Virus record (IMG/VR): IMGVR_UViG_2648501629_000001
Coordinates: 37,474 to 101,473 of that record
Reading direction: 5' to 3' (one strand)
DNA length: 64,000 bases
Source of the DNA: a virus
The translations under genes were made by a program, and so were the position numbers. Below are positions 1-10,619 of the stretch, one piece after another. Below the pieces are notes generated by a model. The model did no database searches. It saw only the letters and a list, made by a program, of their open reading frames with translations, and was not told where the DNA came from. Positions within the stretch are counted from its first letter, which is position 1, and each line of letters opens with the position of its first letter.

Positions 1-189
1 AGATTTGTCGTTGGTGAGGTCGCAGATGTACAAGCTAGATTAGAAAAGCAGAAGCAATCGAATGAGAAGCTTACGCAAGAAGCTACTACTCCAACTCAAA
101 CTACAAGCCATGACTACACGAGTCATCTTAAGCGTAAAGAGACAACGAAGAAGATTAAAGACAGCGTTGATACAGGAGGATTATTATGA
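1..189 (+). CDS. 3' end of a phage protein upstream of the helicase (partial)
   Basis: Frame 1 is open from the window edge to TGA at 187-189, overlapping the helicase ATG; it encodes RFVVGEVADVQARLEKQK... Confidence 0.6.
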   Translation, partial: RFVVGEVADVQARLEKQKQSNEKLTQEATTPTQTTSHDYTSHLKRKETTKKIKDSVDTGGLL

Positions 190-1643
190 GCGAAGACTTA
201 TTAAAGAAGAAAGAAGAATTTAGAAAGATGCTCGTGGAAACGAAGCAGAAAGCAGAGATGTATGTCGCTCTTAGTATTTATAAGAGTAGCGAATTATATC
301 ACGATGCAAACCTTACAGTAGATGATTTTAGCTCGCTAGAATGGAAGTTCTTCTTCTCTATTGCAAAGAGATTAATTGATGATAAGAAGAACACGTTGGA
401 CGATATTACAGTTGGACTTTGTGTTGGTGACAATGAACAACTTCAAAAGATGTATGATGAATTTGGTGGATGGGATACAATCCAAAAGGGTATGTCATTT
501 GTTAAAGAGGACAACTTTGAAGGGTATGTTCGAGATATCAAGAAGTCTAATGCATTAATGAAGTTGCATGACCTAGGCTTCCCAGTAATGGATAAGTTTG
601 AAAACTATAAGGTTACTAGTCTAGAGCATATTCAGCAGAAATTAGAAGAAGTATTGGCAACTGTATTTGCAGACGTAGATGTAGCTGAAAAAGTTGAAGA
701 TATGAGCAATAATCTATGGAAAACTGTAATGGATGCCCATGAAGGTAAAATGCGAGGCTTCCCTTATTCTTCATCTCTTCTAAATGAGCATGTTAATGGA
801 CAAGCATTAGGGAATATCACGATGGTCTCTGCGAACTCAGGGATTGGTAAGACAGCATTAACACTAATGCAAGTGCTTCCTAATATGATAGAATACAATG
901 AAAACCTTATGATTCTAGCAAACGAGGAAGACATATCTAAATGGAAACGTGAAATTATTACTTGGGCAGTTAATAATATGACTGGTGGAGAATTCCAAAA
1001 GAATCGATTTAACTTTGGTCAATTCACAACAGAAGAACTTACTATGCTTAAAAAGGGTGTAGACTGGTTAGATGAGAAGATGGAAGAGGGAACGATTAGA
1101 TTCATTAACTTTAACTCTTTCAGCATGAAAAAGGCTATCAAGATGATTAAGAAGGAAGCTACGCTGAATAAAGTTAAATACTTCATTCTAGATACATTGA
1201 AAATGGATTCTGATGAGGTAAACGAGAACGCACAGGCATGGCTTCAATTGCAACAAAATATGGTTAAACTCTATGATGTTATCAAGCCATCAAATAAGAA
1301 TGTTCATGTATGGGTGACCTATCAGCTCGGTAAATCTGCTATGCTAACACGTTATCTATCTCAAAATAGCCTAGGTGTTTCCAAGAACGTTGTTGACGTT
1401 GTATCTACACTTATGCTTGCGAGAAAGGCTCTCGAATCGGAAAAATTAGGCGGTAAAAATGAAGTAAGTGTCAAAGCCAGTGATGGAAAGATTATCAAGA
1501 TGAGCAAAGATAAGGAGTATTTCATTATCTTCCTTGGTAAGAACCGAATGGGTGCGACTCATAGACAGCTAGTGTTTGAGATTGATTTGGGGCGCAATAC
1601 CATGGTCGATTATGGTACATGTCTAATTGAACAAGATATCTAA
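186..1643 (+). CDS. dnaB: DnaB-like replicative helicase
   Basis: 485 aa; Walker A-like SANSGIGKT, Walker B-like YFILDTLK, C-terminal KNRMG motif; sits next to the primase as in SPbeta-like phages. Confidence 0.9.
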   Translation: MSEDLLKKKEEFRKMLVETKQKAEMYVALSIYKSSELYHDANLTVDDFSSLEWKFFFSIAKRLIDDKKNTLDDITVGLCVGDNEQLQKMYDEFGGWDTIQKGMSFVKEDNFEGYVRDIKKSNALMKLHDLGFPVMDKFENYKVTSLEHIQQKLEEVLATVFADVDVAEKVEDMSNNLWKTVMDAHEGKMRGFPYSSSLLNEHVNGQALGNITMVSANSGIGKTALTLMQVLPNMIEYNENLMILANEEDISKWKREIITWAVNNMTGGEFQKNRFNFGQFTTEELTMLKKGVDWLDEKMEEGTIRFINFNSFSMKKAIKMIKKEATLNKVKYFILDTLKMDSDEVNENAQAWLQLQQNMVKLYDVIKPSNKNVHVWVTYQLGKSAMLTRYLSQNSLGVSKNVVDVVSTLMLARKALESEKLGGKNEVSVKASDGKIIKMSKDKEYFIIFLGKNRMGATHRQLVFEIDLGRNTMVDYGTCLIEQDI

Positions 1644-1836
1644 ACAAAAGGAGAGTCGAATCGTGATTATTACAGCTTGGATTTTATTGATATGCTTTGG
1701 AGTATTCGCTTTAAATGGATTTTTCAAGTTCTTTTTTGGTAGTGGCATGAATTCATTTCACGCTATCTCATGGTTTATCTCGATTGTCATTTCTGCTCTA
1801 TCAGCAGGAGTAATTTGGGGAAAGCTATTCCAGTAA
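1627..1836 (+). CDS. small membrane protein
   Basis: 69 aa with two hydrophobic segments. Confidence 0.6.
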   Translation: MNKISKQKESRIVIITAWILLICFGVFALNGFFKFFFGSGMNSFHAISWFISIVISALSAGVIWGKLFQ

Positions 1837-1841
1837 CTAAT

Positions 1842-1882
1842 TAAACAAAAGTATTGAAATAATGCTGATAATGTGATACAAT
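1842..1882 (+). promoter_or_regulatory. sigmaA-type promoter whose -35 is embedded in the repeated TAAACAAAAGTATTGAAA motif
   Basis: TTGAAA (1854-1859), 17 bp, TACAAT (1877-1882) with TG upstream of the -10. Confidence 0.75.
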
Positions 1883-1916
1883 TGCGTTATCAGCATTATT
1901 AATGTAGGTGAATTAT

Positions 1917-2996
1917 ATGAGTATGAATTCTGCTAAGGTAAAGGAATACCTAAAAGAAGATGTAGAAAGAATCGAAAGACTCCTAGAAGAAGTTGGATGC
2001 CATATGTTATGGCGTACTGGAGATGAAGTTAGGGGAGCGCCTCCTAATGGTCGCAATCATACCGCAGTCTCTGTTAACACTGAGACTTTGTTCTGTAGAG
2101 TGTATGGAGAGGGAGAGACATTTCGTGGTGACATCTTTCAACTAATTAGCATGTTTAGAAAAGAAGAGTTTAAGCAATCATTCGCTTTTACGAAATCACT
2201 ATTTGGTCTTGGTGGCAAGTTTGTAAAAGATAACAGGAAAGACCCATTGGCATTATTTAAGAATATCAGAAAACAGCATAAGATTATAACTGATATCAAT
2301 GAGGTTGAAGTACCTAAGTTTGGCATGGAGTCGTTAGCTGACTTTGTTTTACTGCCTCATATTAACTTGTTCTATGAAGGTATCACTACTCAGACACAAG
2401 AGATATTTAAGGTAGGATATGACCCTTACTTGGACAGAGTGATTTTCCCTCACTTCGCTTATGACGATATAAACGCAGTCGTTGGAATAACAGGGAGAAC
2501 TCTTAGAAGTAAGGTTGAAATGGAAGCATTTAAAATCCCTAAGTATTGGAATTATATTAAGGGATACAAGAAGATGTATAACTTATATGGGTTTAGCCAT
2601 TCCTTACCTTTCATAATCAAGAGTGGTAAGATTATCATTTTTGAAGCAGAAAAGAGCGTTATGAAGCAATGGTCGCAAACAAGGAATAAAGGATTCTCTG
2701 TATCTGTTGGTGGTCATGAAATATCAGAGGTTCAAGTCCAATTGATACTCAAAGAGACTCCTGCCGACACAGAGGTAATTATTGCTTTTGACCGTGACGT
2801 ACAAGATATGAAAGATGACGATGGAAACCCTATAGGAGAACAGTATCTCATTAAGCAATGTAAGAAGTTTTCAAAGTTCAGAAAGGTGTCCTATACGTGG
2901 GACGCTAATAATTTGCTAGAAGAAAAGGATGCTCCAATTGACAAGGGTGTTAAAGTATTCAACGAATTATTAAACAGTAGAAAGGTTATTAATTAA
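1917..2996 (+). CDS. dnaG: DNA primase (DnaG/TOPRIM)
   Basis: RVIFPH...VVGITGR, NLYG, IIIFEAEKS and VIIAFDRD TOPRIM motifs; start taken at ATG 1917 after AGGTG. Confidence 0.88.
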   Translation: MSMNSAKVKEYLKEDVERIERLLEEVGCHMLWRTGDEVRGAPPNGRNHTAVSVNTETLFCRVYGEGETFRGDIFQLISMFRKEEFKQSFAFTKSLFGLGGKFVKDNRKDPLALFKNIRKQHKIITDINEVEVPKFGMESLADFVLLPHINLFYEGITTQTQEIFKVGYDPYLDRVIFPHFAYDDINAVVGITGRTLRSKVEMEAFKIPKYWNYIKGYKKMYNLYGFSHSLPFIIKSGKIIIFEAEKSVMKQWSQTRNKGFSVSVGGHEISEVQVQLILKETPADTEVIIAFDRDVQDMKDDDGNPIGEQYLIKQCKKFSKFRKVSYTWDANNLLEEKDAPIDKGVKVFNELLNSRKVIN

Positions 2997-3022
2997 ACAA
3001 AAGTATTGAAATGGAGAAATGT

Positions 3023-3649
3023 ATGAGTAAATTGTATTTAAGATATGGGACAGTAGATTCATCCAAGACAGCTAGATTGCTAATGGATGCACATGATTAT
3101 AAGAGACGTGAAGAGAACCCATTGCTAATCAAATCAGCATTAGATACACGTTCGTCACAGGGAATGATTGAGAGTCGAACAGGTCTATCAGCGCCGTGTG
3201 TAGACATTGATAAGGACGATAATATTGTTCACATTGTAAACAAGCTAATTGAAGGACACCTTCGACCTGTTGTAATTCTTATTGACGAAGCACAATTCTT
3301 AACGTATCAACAAGTCATTCATTTACGCATAATTGCAGACCAATACGACATCCCTGTTATGTGTTATGGTCTTAAAGTTGATTTTATGGGCAACTTATTT
3401 GAAGGCTCTAAGGCTCTATTTGAGCATGCTAACGTGCTAGAAGAAGTAAAGACTATGTGTAGAGAAAAGGGATGTACTGCGAAGGCAATGTACAACGGTA
3501 GATTTAAAGATGGCAAGCCAGTATTCAATGGAGAAGTTGTTGTAATAGGAGATACAAAAGAGGATGTAGATGATTACTACTATATCCCTAAATGCTCAAA
3601 ACACTTTTTCAATGATTTTAATGAATATAACAAAACAAGAGGGGTGTAA
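3023..3649 (+). CDS. tdk: thymidine kinase
   Basis: YGTVDSSKT P-loop, IESRTG, ILIDEAQFL, PVMCYGLKVDF and the C-terminal Zn-lasso cysteines. Confidence 0.92.
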   Translation: MSKLYLRYGTVDSSKTARLLMDAHDYKRREENPLLIKSALDTRSSQGMIESRTGLSAPCVDIDKDDNIVHIVNKLIEGHLRPVVILIDEAQFLTYQQVIHLRIIADQYDIPVMCYGLKVDFMGNLFEGSKALFEHANVLEEVKTMCREKGCTAKAMYNGRFKDGKPVFNGEVVVIGDTKEDVDDYYYIPKCSKHFFNDFNEYNKTRGV

Positions 3650-3652
3650 TTA

Positions 3653-4951
3653 TTGGCTCGATTAAATAGAGAACAATTAGAATTAATTAAAGAGAAGTTC
3701 AATGTAAAGAATTTATGGTCTTTCTCAAAGGTATCAACATTTGACCAGTGTACACATTTGTATTTCCTTAAGTACGTGAAGAAGATTCGTGTAAAAGGAG
3801 ACAATTGCTATACTTGGTGGGGAACAGTTTCCCATGACCTTATCCAAGGGTTGTACGATGGAGAACACACGTATGAAGAGATGATTCAGAAGCTAGAAAC
3901 TAAAATTGTGGAATATAGCCTAATTACTGACCCTAAGCTGAAATTCCCTGAGCAAAGTCAATTTGACAGCTATATTGCTAATCTTCGTCATTACTTTTCC
4001 AACGTTAAGCAGTTACCATACAAAGTTATTAATGAGCGTCCAGTATTAGCTGTATTTGAAGGTTTAGAAAAGTATGTATTCCAAGGTTATGTGGATAGTG
4101 AGTTTGTAGATGAGGATGGGAACTTTGTAATTCTCGACTACAAAACATCATCAATTGGTGAATTTACTGGAGCGAAACTGCTCAAGAAGTCCCAACAGCT
4201 TATGATTTATGCTTTTGGTATCAGCACATTTGGTAGACAAATAGATGGCGAGATGAAGAAGTTCCCTCTTGAAAAGATTAAGATTCGATACGATATGATG
4301 AAGTATTGTAAAATCTCATACTTGCAGAAGAATGGCACAGAGAAGGTTACAAAAGCTGAACGTAGAGCTTGGGTTGCACATATAGCAAACCCTATTCGCA
4401 AGGACTTTGAAGATGTACCTAAGAACATTGAGAAAGCAGAGAAAGAGATTGCTAAGCTAGATAAGAAGCGAAATGCAAAGGTTCGCACAGAAGAGGAGAA
4501 AGTAGAGCTAACTGCCCAAATCGCAGAGATTGAGAAGGAGATAGAGGCGTTAAAAGCTAACTTATTCGATATCATCCAAATCAATGAGATGATGGAAGAG
4601 GCTATTAATTCTAACAGTCTATCTAATCTACCTCAGTTTATTCAAGATAAATATACGGTTACTGATTGTTATATTGATGTTGAGCTGACGCAGGAGATTA
4701 TCGAAGAGTTCAAATCTCACTTAATTTCTACATTGGACAAAATTATTGAAAGTGAAAAAGAAGAGGATAAAGAGAAGGCGTTCACAAGAGGTCGTATTGA
4801 ACAGGGCGATTCATTCTATTGTACGAATCTATGTGATATGAAAGACCACTGTTCATTCTATCAAGAATACAAGGCTCATATGGCTATGTTCTTAGATAAC
4901 AAGAAAGATGCGCCAAGTGACGCAGATATACTGGCGATGTTTGGATTATAA
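3653..4951 (+). CDS. PD-(D/E)XK RecB/AddB/Cas4-like exonuclease
   Basis: WSFSKVSTFDQC, FQGYVD...ILDYKTSS, QLMIYA and C-terminal YCTNLCDMKDHC. Confidence 0.82.
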   Translation: MARLNREQLELIKEKFNVKNLWSFSKVSTFDQCTHLYFLKYVKKIRVKGDNCYTWWGTVSHDLIQGLYDGEHTYEEMIQKLETKIVEYSLITDPKLKFPEQSQFDSYIANLRHYFSNVKQLPYKVINERPVLAVFEGLEKYVFQGYVDSEFVDEDGNFVILDYKTSSIGEFTGAKLLKKSQQLMIYAFGISTFGRQIDGEMKKFPLEKIKIRYDMMKYCKISYLQKNGTEKVTKAERRAWVAHIANPIRKDFEDVPKNIEKAEKEIAKLDKKRNAKVRTEEEKVELTAQIAEIEKEIEALKANLFDIIQINEMMEEAINSNSLSNLPQFIQDKYTVTDCYIDVELTQEIIEEFKSHLISTLDKIIESEKEEDKEKAFTRGRIEQGDSFYCTNLCDMKDHCSFYQEYKAHMAMFLDNKKDAPSDADILAMFGL

Positions 4952-4960
4952 AGAGTACGG

Positions 4961-4999
4961 AAAAGATGCAGGAAAAACTTGCATCTTTTTCTTTATTTT
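4961..4999 (+). terminator. intrinsic terminator
   Basis: AAAAGATGCA...TGCATCTTTT stem followed by a T-rich tract. Confidence 0.75.
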
Positions 5000-5080
5000 C
5001 ATTGACATATATAATAGTGTGATGGTAATATAATAATGTACTTAATAACTAACACATAAGCTAACAGGAGGGACAATGAT

Positions 5081-5251
5081 ATGTCTACATTAGCGACATG
5101 TAATGCTTGCAGAGAGGAGTTTGAAAAAGGTTTAGATAACTGTCCTAACTGTGGTAAAGACCAACGCTCGTTCCTTGATAGATATAAGATGCCGATATTC
5201 ATTGGTATCATACTTGTATTGGGAATGGTTATGGGCGCAACTGGTGGCTAA
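5081..5251 (+). CDS. 56-aa zinc-ribbon protein with a C-terminal TM segment (not in ORF track)
   Basis: RBS AGGAGGG; MSTLATCNACREEFEKGLDNCPNCGKDQ...IFIGIILVLGMVMGATGG. Confidence 0.75.
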   Translation: MSTLATCNACREEFEKGLDNCPNCGKDQRSFLDRYKMPIFIGIILVLGMVMGATGG

Positions 5252-5304
5252 TATGGGATTACGGATTAGAGGATGGAAATTTCCGTCCTTAATATAAAAA
5301 TATC

Positions 5305-5345
5305 TAAACAAAAGTATTGAAATGATTATTAAGTTATGATATGAT
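5305..5345 (+). promoter_or_regulatory. motif-linked sigmaA promoter for terC
   Basis: TAAACAAAAGTATTGAAA, then 17 bp, then TATGAT (5340-5345). Confidence 0.65.
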
Positions 5346-5388
5346 AAGTACATCAAATAACAACAAAACAAAAGGAGATTTAACTAAC

Positions 5389-6057
5389 ATGGAAATGGAA
5401 TTTGTAATGGCTTTACTATCAATCATCTTAATCGACATCGTACTAAGTGGAGATAATGCAGTGGTAATTGCTCTAGCATGTCGAAACTTACCACAAGATT
5501 TACGAAAGAAAGCAGTCTTTATTGGTAGCGCAGGAGCAATTGGTTTACGAGTATTTCTAACATTTATCGCTGTTTATCTAATGGCAATACCATATGTTCA
5601 ATTCATTGGAGGATTGCTGTTAGCATGGATTGCGATTCAACTATTAAATGGTGGAGAAGAGCAACAACTTGAAGGTGGAAGTACAATTTGGTCAGCAGTT
5701 AAGACAATCATTGTAGCAGATTTCGTAATGAGTATGGATAATGTAGTAGCAGTTGCAGGTGTTTCAAATGGTCATACAGGACTTATGGTAATTGGATTAC
5801 TAGTTAGTATTCCATTAATCGTTTGGGGTAGCCAAGTGTTAATGAAACTTATGAATCGATTCCCAATCATTATCGTAGCAGGCTCAGCATTACTTGGGTA
5901 CACAGCAGGTGAAATGATGTTAAACGATAAGAAGGTTGGTCAATTCATTACTGAACACTTCCCTGCAGGACATTATGTAATCCCTATCGCAACAGCAGTA
6001 TTAGTAATTTTGGTTGGCAGACTTATGGGCGAACGCTCTGAAAAAGCTGTCGCTTAA
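5389..6057 (+). CDS. terC: TerC-family (YjbE-like) integral membrane protein
   Basis: IDIVLSGDNAVVIALACRNLP and IIVADFVMSMDNVVAVAG signature; multiple TM helices; RBS AAAGGAG before ATG 5389. Confidence 0.9.
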   Translation: MEMEFVMALLSIILIDIVLSGDNAVVIALACRNLPQDLRKKAVFIGSAGAIGLRVFLTFIAVYLMAIPYVQFIGGLLLAWIAIQLLNGGEEQQLEGGSTIWSAVKTIIVADFVMSMDNVVAVAGVSNGHTGLMVIGLLVSIPLIVWGSQVLMKLMNRFPIIIVAGSALLGYTAGEMMLNDKKVGQFITEHFPAGHYVIPIATAVLVILVGRLMGERSEKAVA

Positions 6058-6129
6058 AACTAAAGTATTGACAAAATCATAGTCTAGGGCAAGTGGTTCT
6101 AGACTATGAGATACATAAAATAAGAAAGA

Positions 6130-6845
6130 GTGATTAATATGCTTGGATTTTTCAAGAAGAAAGTGAAGAATATATGTAATCATAAATGGCATCATCTGCA
6201 AGATACTTATATATGGAATGGGGTTGACCATGACGATTCATGCTACATATTCTGCTCTAAATGCGAAAAACAGATAATTGTTCTTGAATCTGAGTGGAAT
6301 AGAATCAAGAAGAAGCAGGAGATAATGGATGACTTAACTCCTAAGTACAAATATGTTATTAAATTAATCCATTCAAGAAATTCATTATGGGAAAGACTTG
6401 TCGTTATCAAAGGTAATCATATCAATGAGACAAGAGCAGATACAGTTGTTATTGATGGAGTTGAAATAACATTTGGACTCCATGAATTTATACAAGAAAT
6501 TACTACTTACAAGTTATAAGGAGGGTAATCATGATTAGATGTACAGATGGCTCTAGATTCAATGGTGTTTTAAAAGAAGGTCAAGTTTGGGTTAAGGGTA
6601 GAACTGTAAGAGTCATAGTTCGCTTCAATGAAGATGTTATGGTCTACAAATCCAAGACAGATTTCAAGAACAATACAGTTACTACTGTTCGAAGAAGTGT
6701 ATTCCGAAGGTGGTTACACAGTGGAGAGAAAGCAATGCTATATGTGTTTCCAAAAGCTAACTGCTCTAGCTGTGATAATGAAGTAGAATTAAGAAGTCAT
6801 ATCAACAGATGCGAATGTGGAGCTGTACTAAAGGTACTAGAATAG
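6130..6845 (+). CDS. two hypothetical phage proteins (6130-6519, 6531-6845), both with Cys-x2-Cys motifs
   Basis: ORF track; the second has RBS GGAGGG. Confidence 0.6.
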
Positions 6846-6856
6846 GAGGAAGGCTT

Positions 6857-7528
6857 GTGTTATGTGATGAAATTAGCTTTATTGATTTGAATAAACTAGA
6901 CTCTGTAGCGACTATCTTGGAGAAGGAGAAGGATAAACTCATTTCTCTTCTTCCTAAAAGATTTTCAGAAAGATTAAAACGAGATTTGTTTATAAGTGGT
7001 GGATGTATATATAGCCTATATAACAATCAAACTCCAAAGGATATTGATACATTTATCCAAGACAAACATCTTGTAGATGAAGTTATAGATTTCTTTTCAA
7101 AACAGAGGTTGTTTATGGGGAGAAGTAATGGAGTCAAAAGAGGAATGTATAGAAATTTAAATCTTATAGTAACAGATAATGCAATCTCTATTGGGAAATA
7201 TCAGATAATAACAAAGTGGGTAGGTACTCCACAGGAAGTTGTCTCCCAATTCGACTTTAAGCATAATATGTTCTACCTTCAAGATGGGGTTATAAAGGCA
7301 ATGACAGATTTAAAACACTTGACTAGTAATAAGCTGTCTTACAACGAAGGCAGGGCAAGGGATATCTGTGGGACTATTATACGAGTATCTAAGTTTGTAA
7401 AACGTGGGATGGAAGTTACGAACGAAGAGGTTGCAAAAATGCTTTTAAAACTTAATGAAGTTGGATTCAATGATAGAGAACTAGAGATATTGTCTAGCCA
7501 TCAATATGATAGAGGTTTTGGTTCATAA
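6857..7528 (+). CDS. stand-alone nucleotidyltransferase resembling the poly(A) polymerase/CCA-adding head domain
   Basis: FISGGCIYSL...KDIDTF catalytic motif, TDNAIS, QFDFKH; GTG start at 6857 after GGAGGA. Confidence 0.7.
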   Translation: MLCDEISFIDLNKLDSVATILEKEKDKLISLLPKRFSERLKRDLFISGGCIYSLYNNQTPKDIDTFIQDKHLVDEVIDFFSKQRLFMGRSNGVKRGMYRNLNLIVTDNAISIGKYQIITKWVGTPQEVVSQFDFKHNMFYLQDGVIKAMTDLKHLTSNKLSYNEGRARDICGTIIRVSKFVKRGMEVTNEEVAKMLLKLNEVGFNDRELEILSSHQYDRGFGS

Positions 7529-7571
7529 ACTAATAAAATCATCATTTTATCAATTCTTAGGAGGAATAGAA

Positions 7572-10500
7572 ATGAAAGTAACTGACGAGTTAAAAACTGA
7601 ATTGATTTACTCTTTACCAAGCAGACGCATATTGGATGTTGTAAGTAATTTAGCTGTAAGAAATCCATATACAAAAGAGTTGATTTTTCTAAAGCAACGA
7701 CCATATTACGAGAATACTCCAATAGAAGAGTATATCGAATACAATGAGAAACATGATATGCATCATGACTACAGAGAGTTGATTTCAAAGCATGTAATCA
7801 TAGACATTTCACTGTTGCATCGAAGAGCAAGGGCATTGCTATTTAAAGAACTTATAAAAGCAAACCCACCAAAATGCAACACTTGTAACACTGTACTAAC
7901 TATTGGCTTATCAGCGATTATGAGCAAAGCGACTCAAAGGTTAACAGATGTTGACGGCGAGAAAGTTAAAGGGTTTTATTGCAAGTGTTGTGCTGAGCAG
8001 GCTTACAAAGACTTGATAGAAAGTAGACTATTTGAAGAATATAAGGGTAACAAAATCTACCGCAAAGATGATATGTATTTTCCCTACTGGAACTGCGCTT
8101 ATCATTTCAAAACAGTTGAGGAATGTAGAATTAGAATCGATGCCAATATTTCGATTGCGAAGAGTGGGATGATTAATTTAAAAGAGGTTTTCTCATGAGA
8201 AGAATCGATATGGTCAAAAACAAGAAGATGAAGAACATAAAGCATGCAGAGATTCTTGATAAGAAGAGAATCAAGATTGTATTCCAAAACAACGAAGAGA
8301 TTGTCTTGGAAGCAAGAATCGAAGGCTACGCAGAAGATAGTGGTATTTATATTACGAAGGATAATATCTAGGAGGTAATCACTATGGGTTGGATGTCAGA
8401 TGTGACAATTGAATCTATCGTAAAGGATATAGATAAGAAGATAGAAATTGAAAGTCTTAAAAATACTAATCCTCAACAGGCAGAGTATATTGTACAAGGA
8501 TTAAAGTTGGCAAAGGAAATAGTAGAAAGCCATTACTAGGGAGAGGTAGAAATGAAAGATTATTATATAGTTAAATTAAATCAATTATTTGTGTCAAACT
8601 CTACATTGGAGAACATGCATAACCCTTTTGATGTGATTGAGCTTATTGGGGAAAAACAATGCGCTTACAAATTCGACAGTGAAACAATGGCAAGAGATGT
8701 AGCAAACAAGATAAATGGACAAATAATTATGATTAAACGAACAGTGCAAGAGGAAGAGATATATATTAAATAAACAGTAAAGGAGCAATTAATATGAAAA
8801 TGGCAATTTTGAAAGAGACAAACGAGGTATTAACTGGCAAGCAAGGCGTAATGGGAGTAAAGAAAACGTTTGGTCAAAAGCTTAGTACTCAAGGTCATTA
8901 TGCAAAGGATTTGCGACTTGTAGAGGTTGATACTTCTAGAATGGGAATCGCAGATGAATACGTGGTAGTTAGCAAAGGGTATCTAGAATCACTTGAGGCA
9001 GACCGATGAAAGCATATCAAGTAAGCAATGGCGAGTATTCACGCATAGCGTTTGCCGAAACAGCAGGACAAGCTAGAAACTTTGGGATGTGTGAATTTGG
9101 CATAGACTTCATTGCAGTAGAAGTTAGAAGAGCAAAGTGGGCTGACGAATATGGTAGTGAGAGCCAAATACCAAAATGGGCTTATCTTTTGAACGGTTGG
9201 TGGTGGGAATGCCAATGTGGTCATCCACAGTATGATGAGACAGCAATTGTAATTGAGGATATGGTTTACTGTGAGGTTTGTAAGCCTAACGAGGAGGAAT
9301 GTGAATGATTATATCAGGGAATGCCTTTATAGAATTTGATTACGTTAACTGGAGAGGCGTAGAAGGTCATAGAGAGGTAAGAGCGATTAGAGTATTCTTC
9401 GGCTCAACAGAGTATCATAAAGAACCACAATGGTTGATGGAAGCGTGGGATTTAGTTAAACAAGAGAAGAGAATATTCTCTATGAAGGATATGAGTAACG
9501 TAAAAGATATATGGGGTATGAAATATGATTGATAAGAATAAGCTTTTCCCTTCGAGCGAACTATTCAAATTCAACACAGATAGTCCTGCTATTAATAGAG
9601 CAGAGAAGAGGGTTAGGAAGAAAGAGCTTGCAATTAAGTATACAAGGAAGACAGTCAGGGTGTATCAAAATAAAAAGAGCCTTGCCTTACTTGTAGAAAA
9701 GTTAAAGAATTGTATATATCAACACAATAAATTCGACCTATTCAAAGTGGTAGAAAGGGAAATAGATGAGCGATTATCTCAGTCTATTAAAAGTCAATTC
9801 GATAAACTTGAGGAGGTAAAAAAGATTGGATAATAATGGATTGTTGGGAGTATGGATTGCAATCGTCATCATGCGGATGTTTATCTTATCTTATTAAAAC
9901 AAAAGTATTGAAAGGATGGTTGTCATGGCAAAAGCTAAGAAGAAGGAAATGTTTCTTACATCTAAAGGCATTGCAGTTTATGTTGATGAGTTTAGTGTTA
10001 AAAACCTAATGAAGATGGTTACAAGAGGCGAAATCGTCAATATGACTACAAGAGTCACAGAGGATGGAGTCATGTTTGATTATTCAACTGAATATAGTCA
10101 TGGCTCAATGTTCTTGAACAATTTAGGCAAATAGGAGGAGTCGTTATGGCGCAAATCAAGATTGATATTAAAGAGTGTGAGCAGTGTCCTCATTCACAAG
10201 CCTCAAGGGTTTACACAGCAGATTCATTTGAAACTGTAAGGAATGTTCATTGCAAGCTATTAAAGAAAGATGTTCACAAATATTTAGACTGGAACGACAA
10301 CTCACCAGTTCCAAATGAATGTCCTATAAAAGAGTAGAGGAGTAGTTAATATGATATATTTCATAGTTTTATGTTTATTAATTTGGAATAGTGTTTTGAC
10401 CATTATTATTCTAAACAAGTATCGAAAACATATTTCTCATCTGTATAACGCTGTTACAGAAGAAGTTGAGGTTACAACCAATATCTCTAGCAGAGTGGCA

Positions 10501-10590
10501 GTACTAGAGGAAAAATCAAACGTTATGGCTACAAAAGCAGATATAGATGGCTTGTTGGTAGTAGTAAGCAAAATGAATGTAAATAAATAA
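7572..10590 (+). CDS. run of small hypothetical genes: 7572-8198, 8195-8371, 8384-8539, 8552-8773, 8794-9009, 9006-9308, 9525-9833, 9916-10134, 10146-10337, 10351-10590
   Basis: Tightly packed co-oriented ORFs, most with GGAG(G) RBS or overlapping stop/start; several are Cys-rich. Confidence 0.65.
9305..9532 (+). CDS. stand-alone WYL-like domain protein
   Basis: FDYVNWRG...REVRAIRVFFGSTEYHKEPQWLMEAWDL...RIFSMKDM pattern. Confidence 0.6.
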   Translation: MIISGNAFIEFDYVNWRGVEGHREVRAIRVFFGSTEYHKEPQWLMEAWDLVKQEKRIFSMKDMSNVKDIWGMKYD

Positions 10591-10619
10591 AACCATATTT
10601 TACAAGGGAGACAATACTA

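Noticed and set aside
3023-3649. Inactivated thymidine kinase because the P-loop reads SSKT rather than GK(S/T)
   Set aside because: To my knowledge SSKT-type P-loops occur in ordinary Firmicute thymidine kinases, and all other motifs are intact
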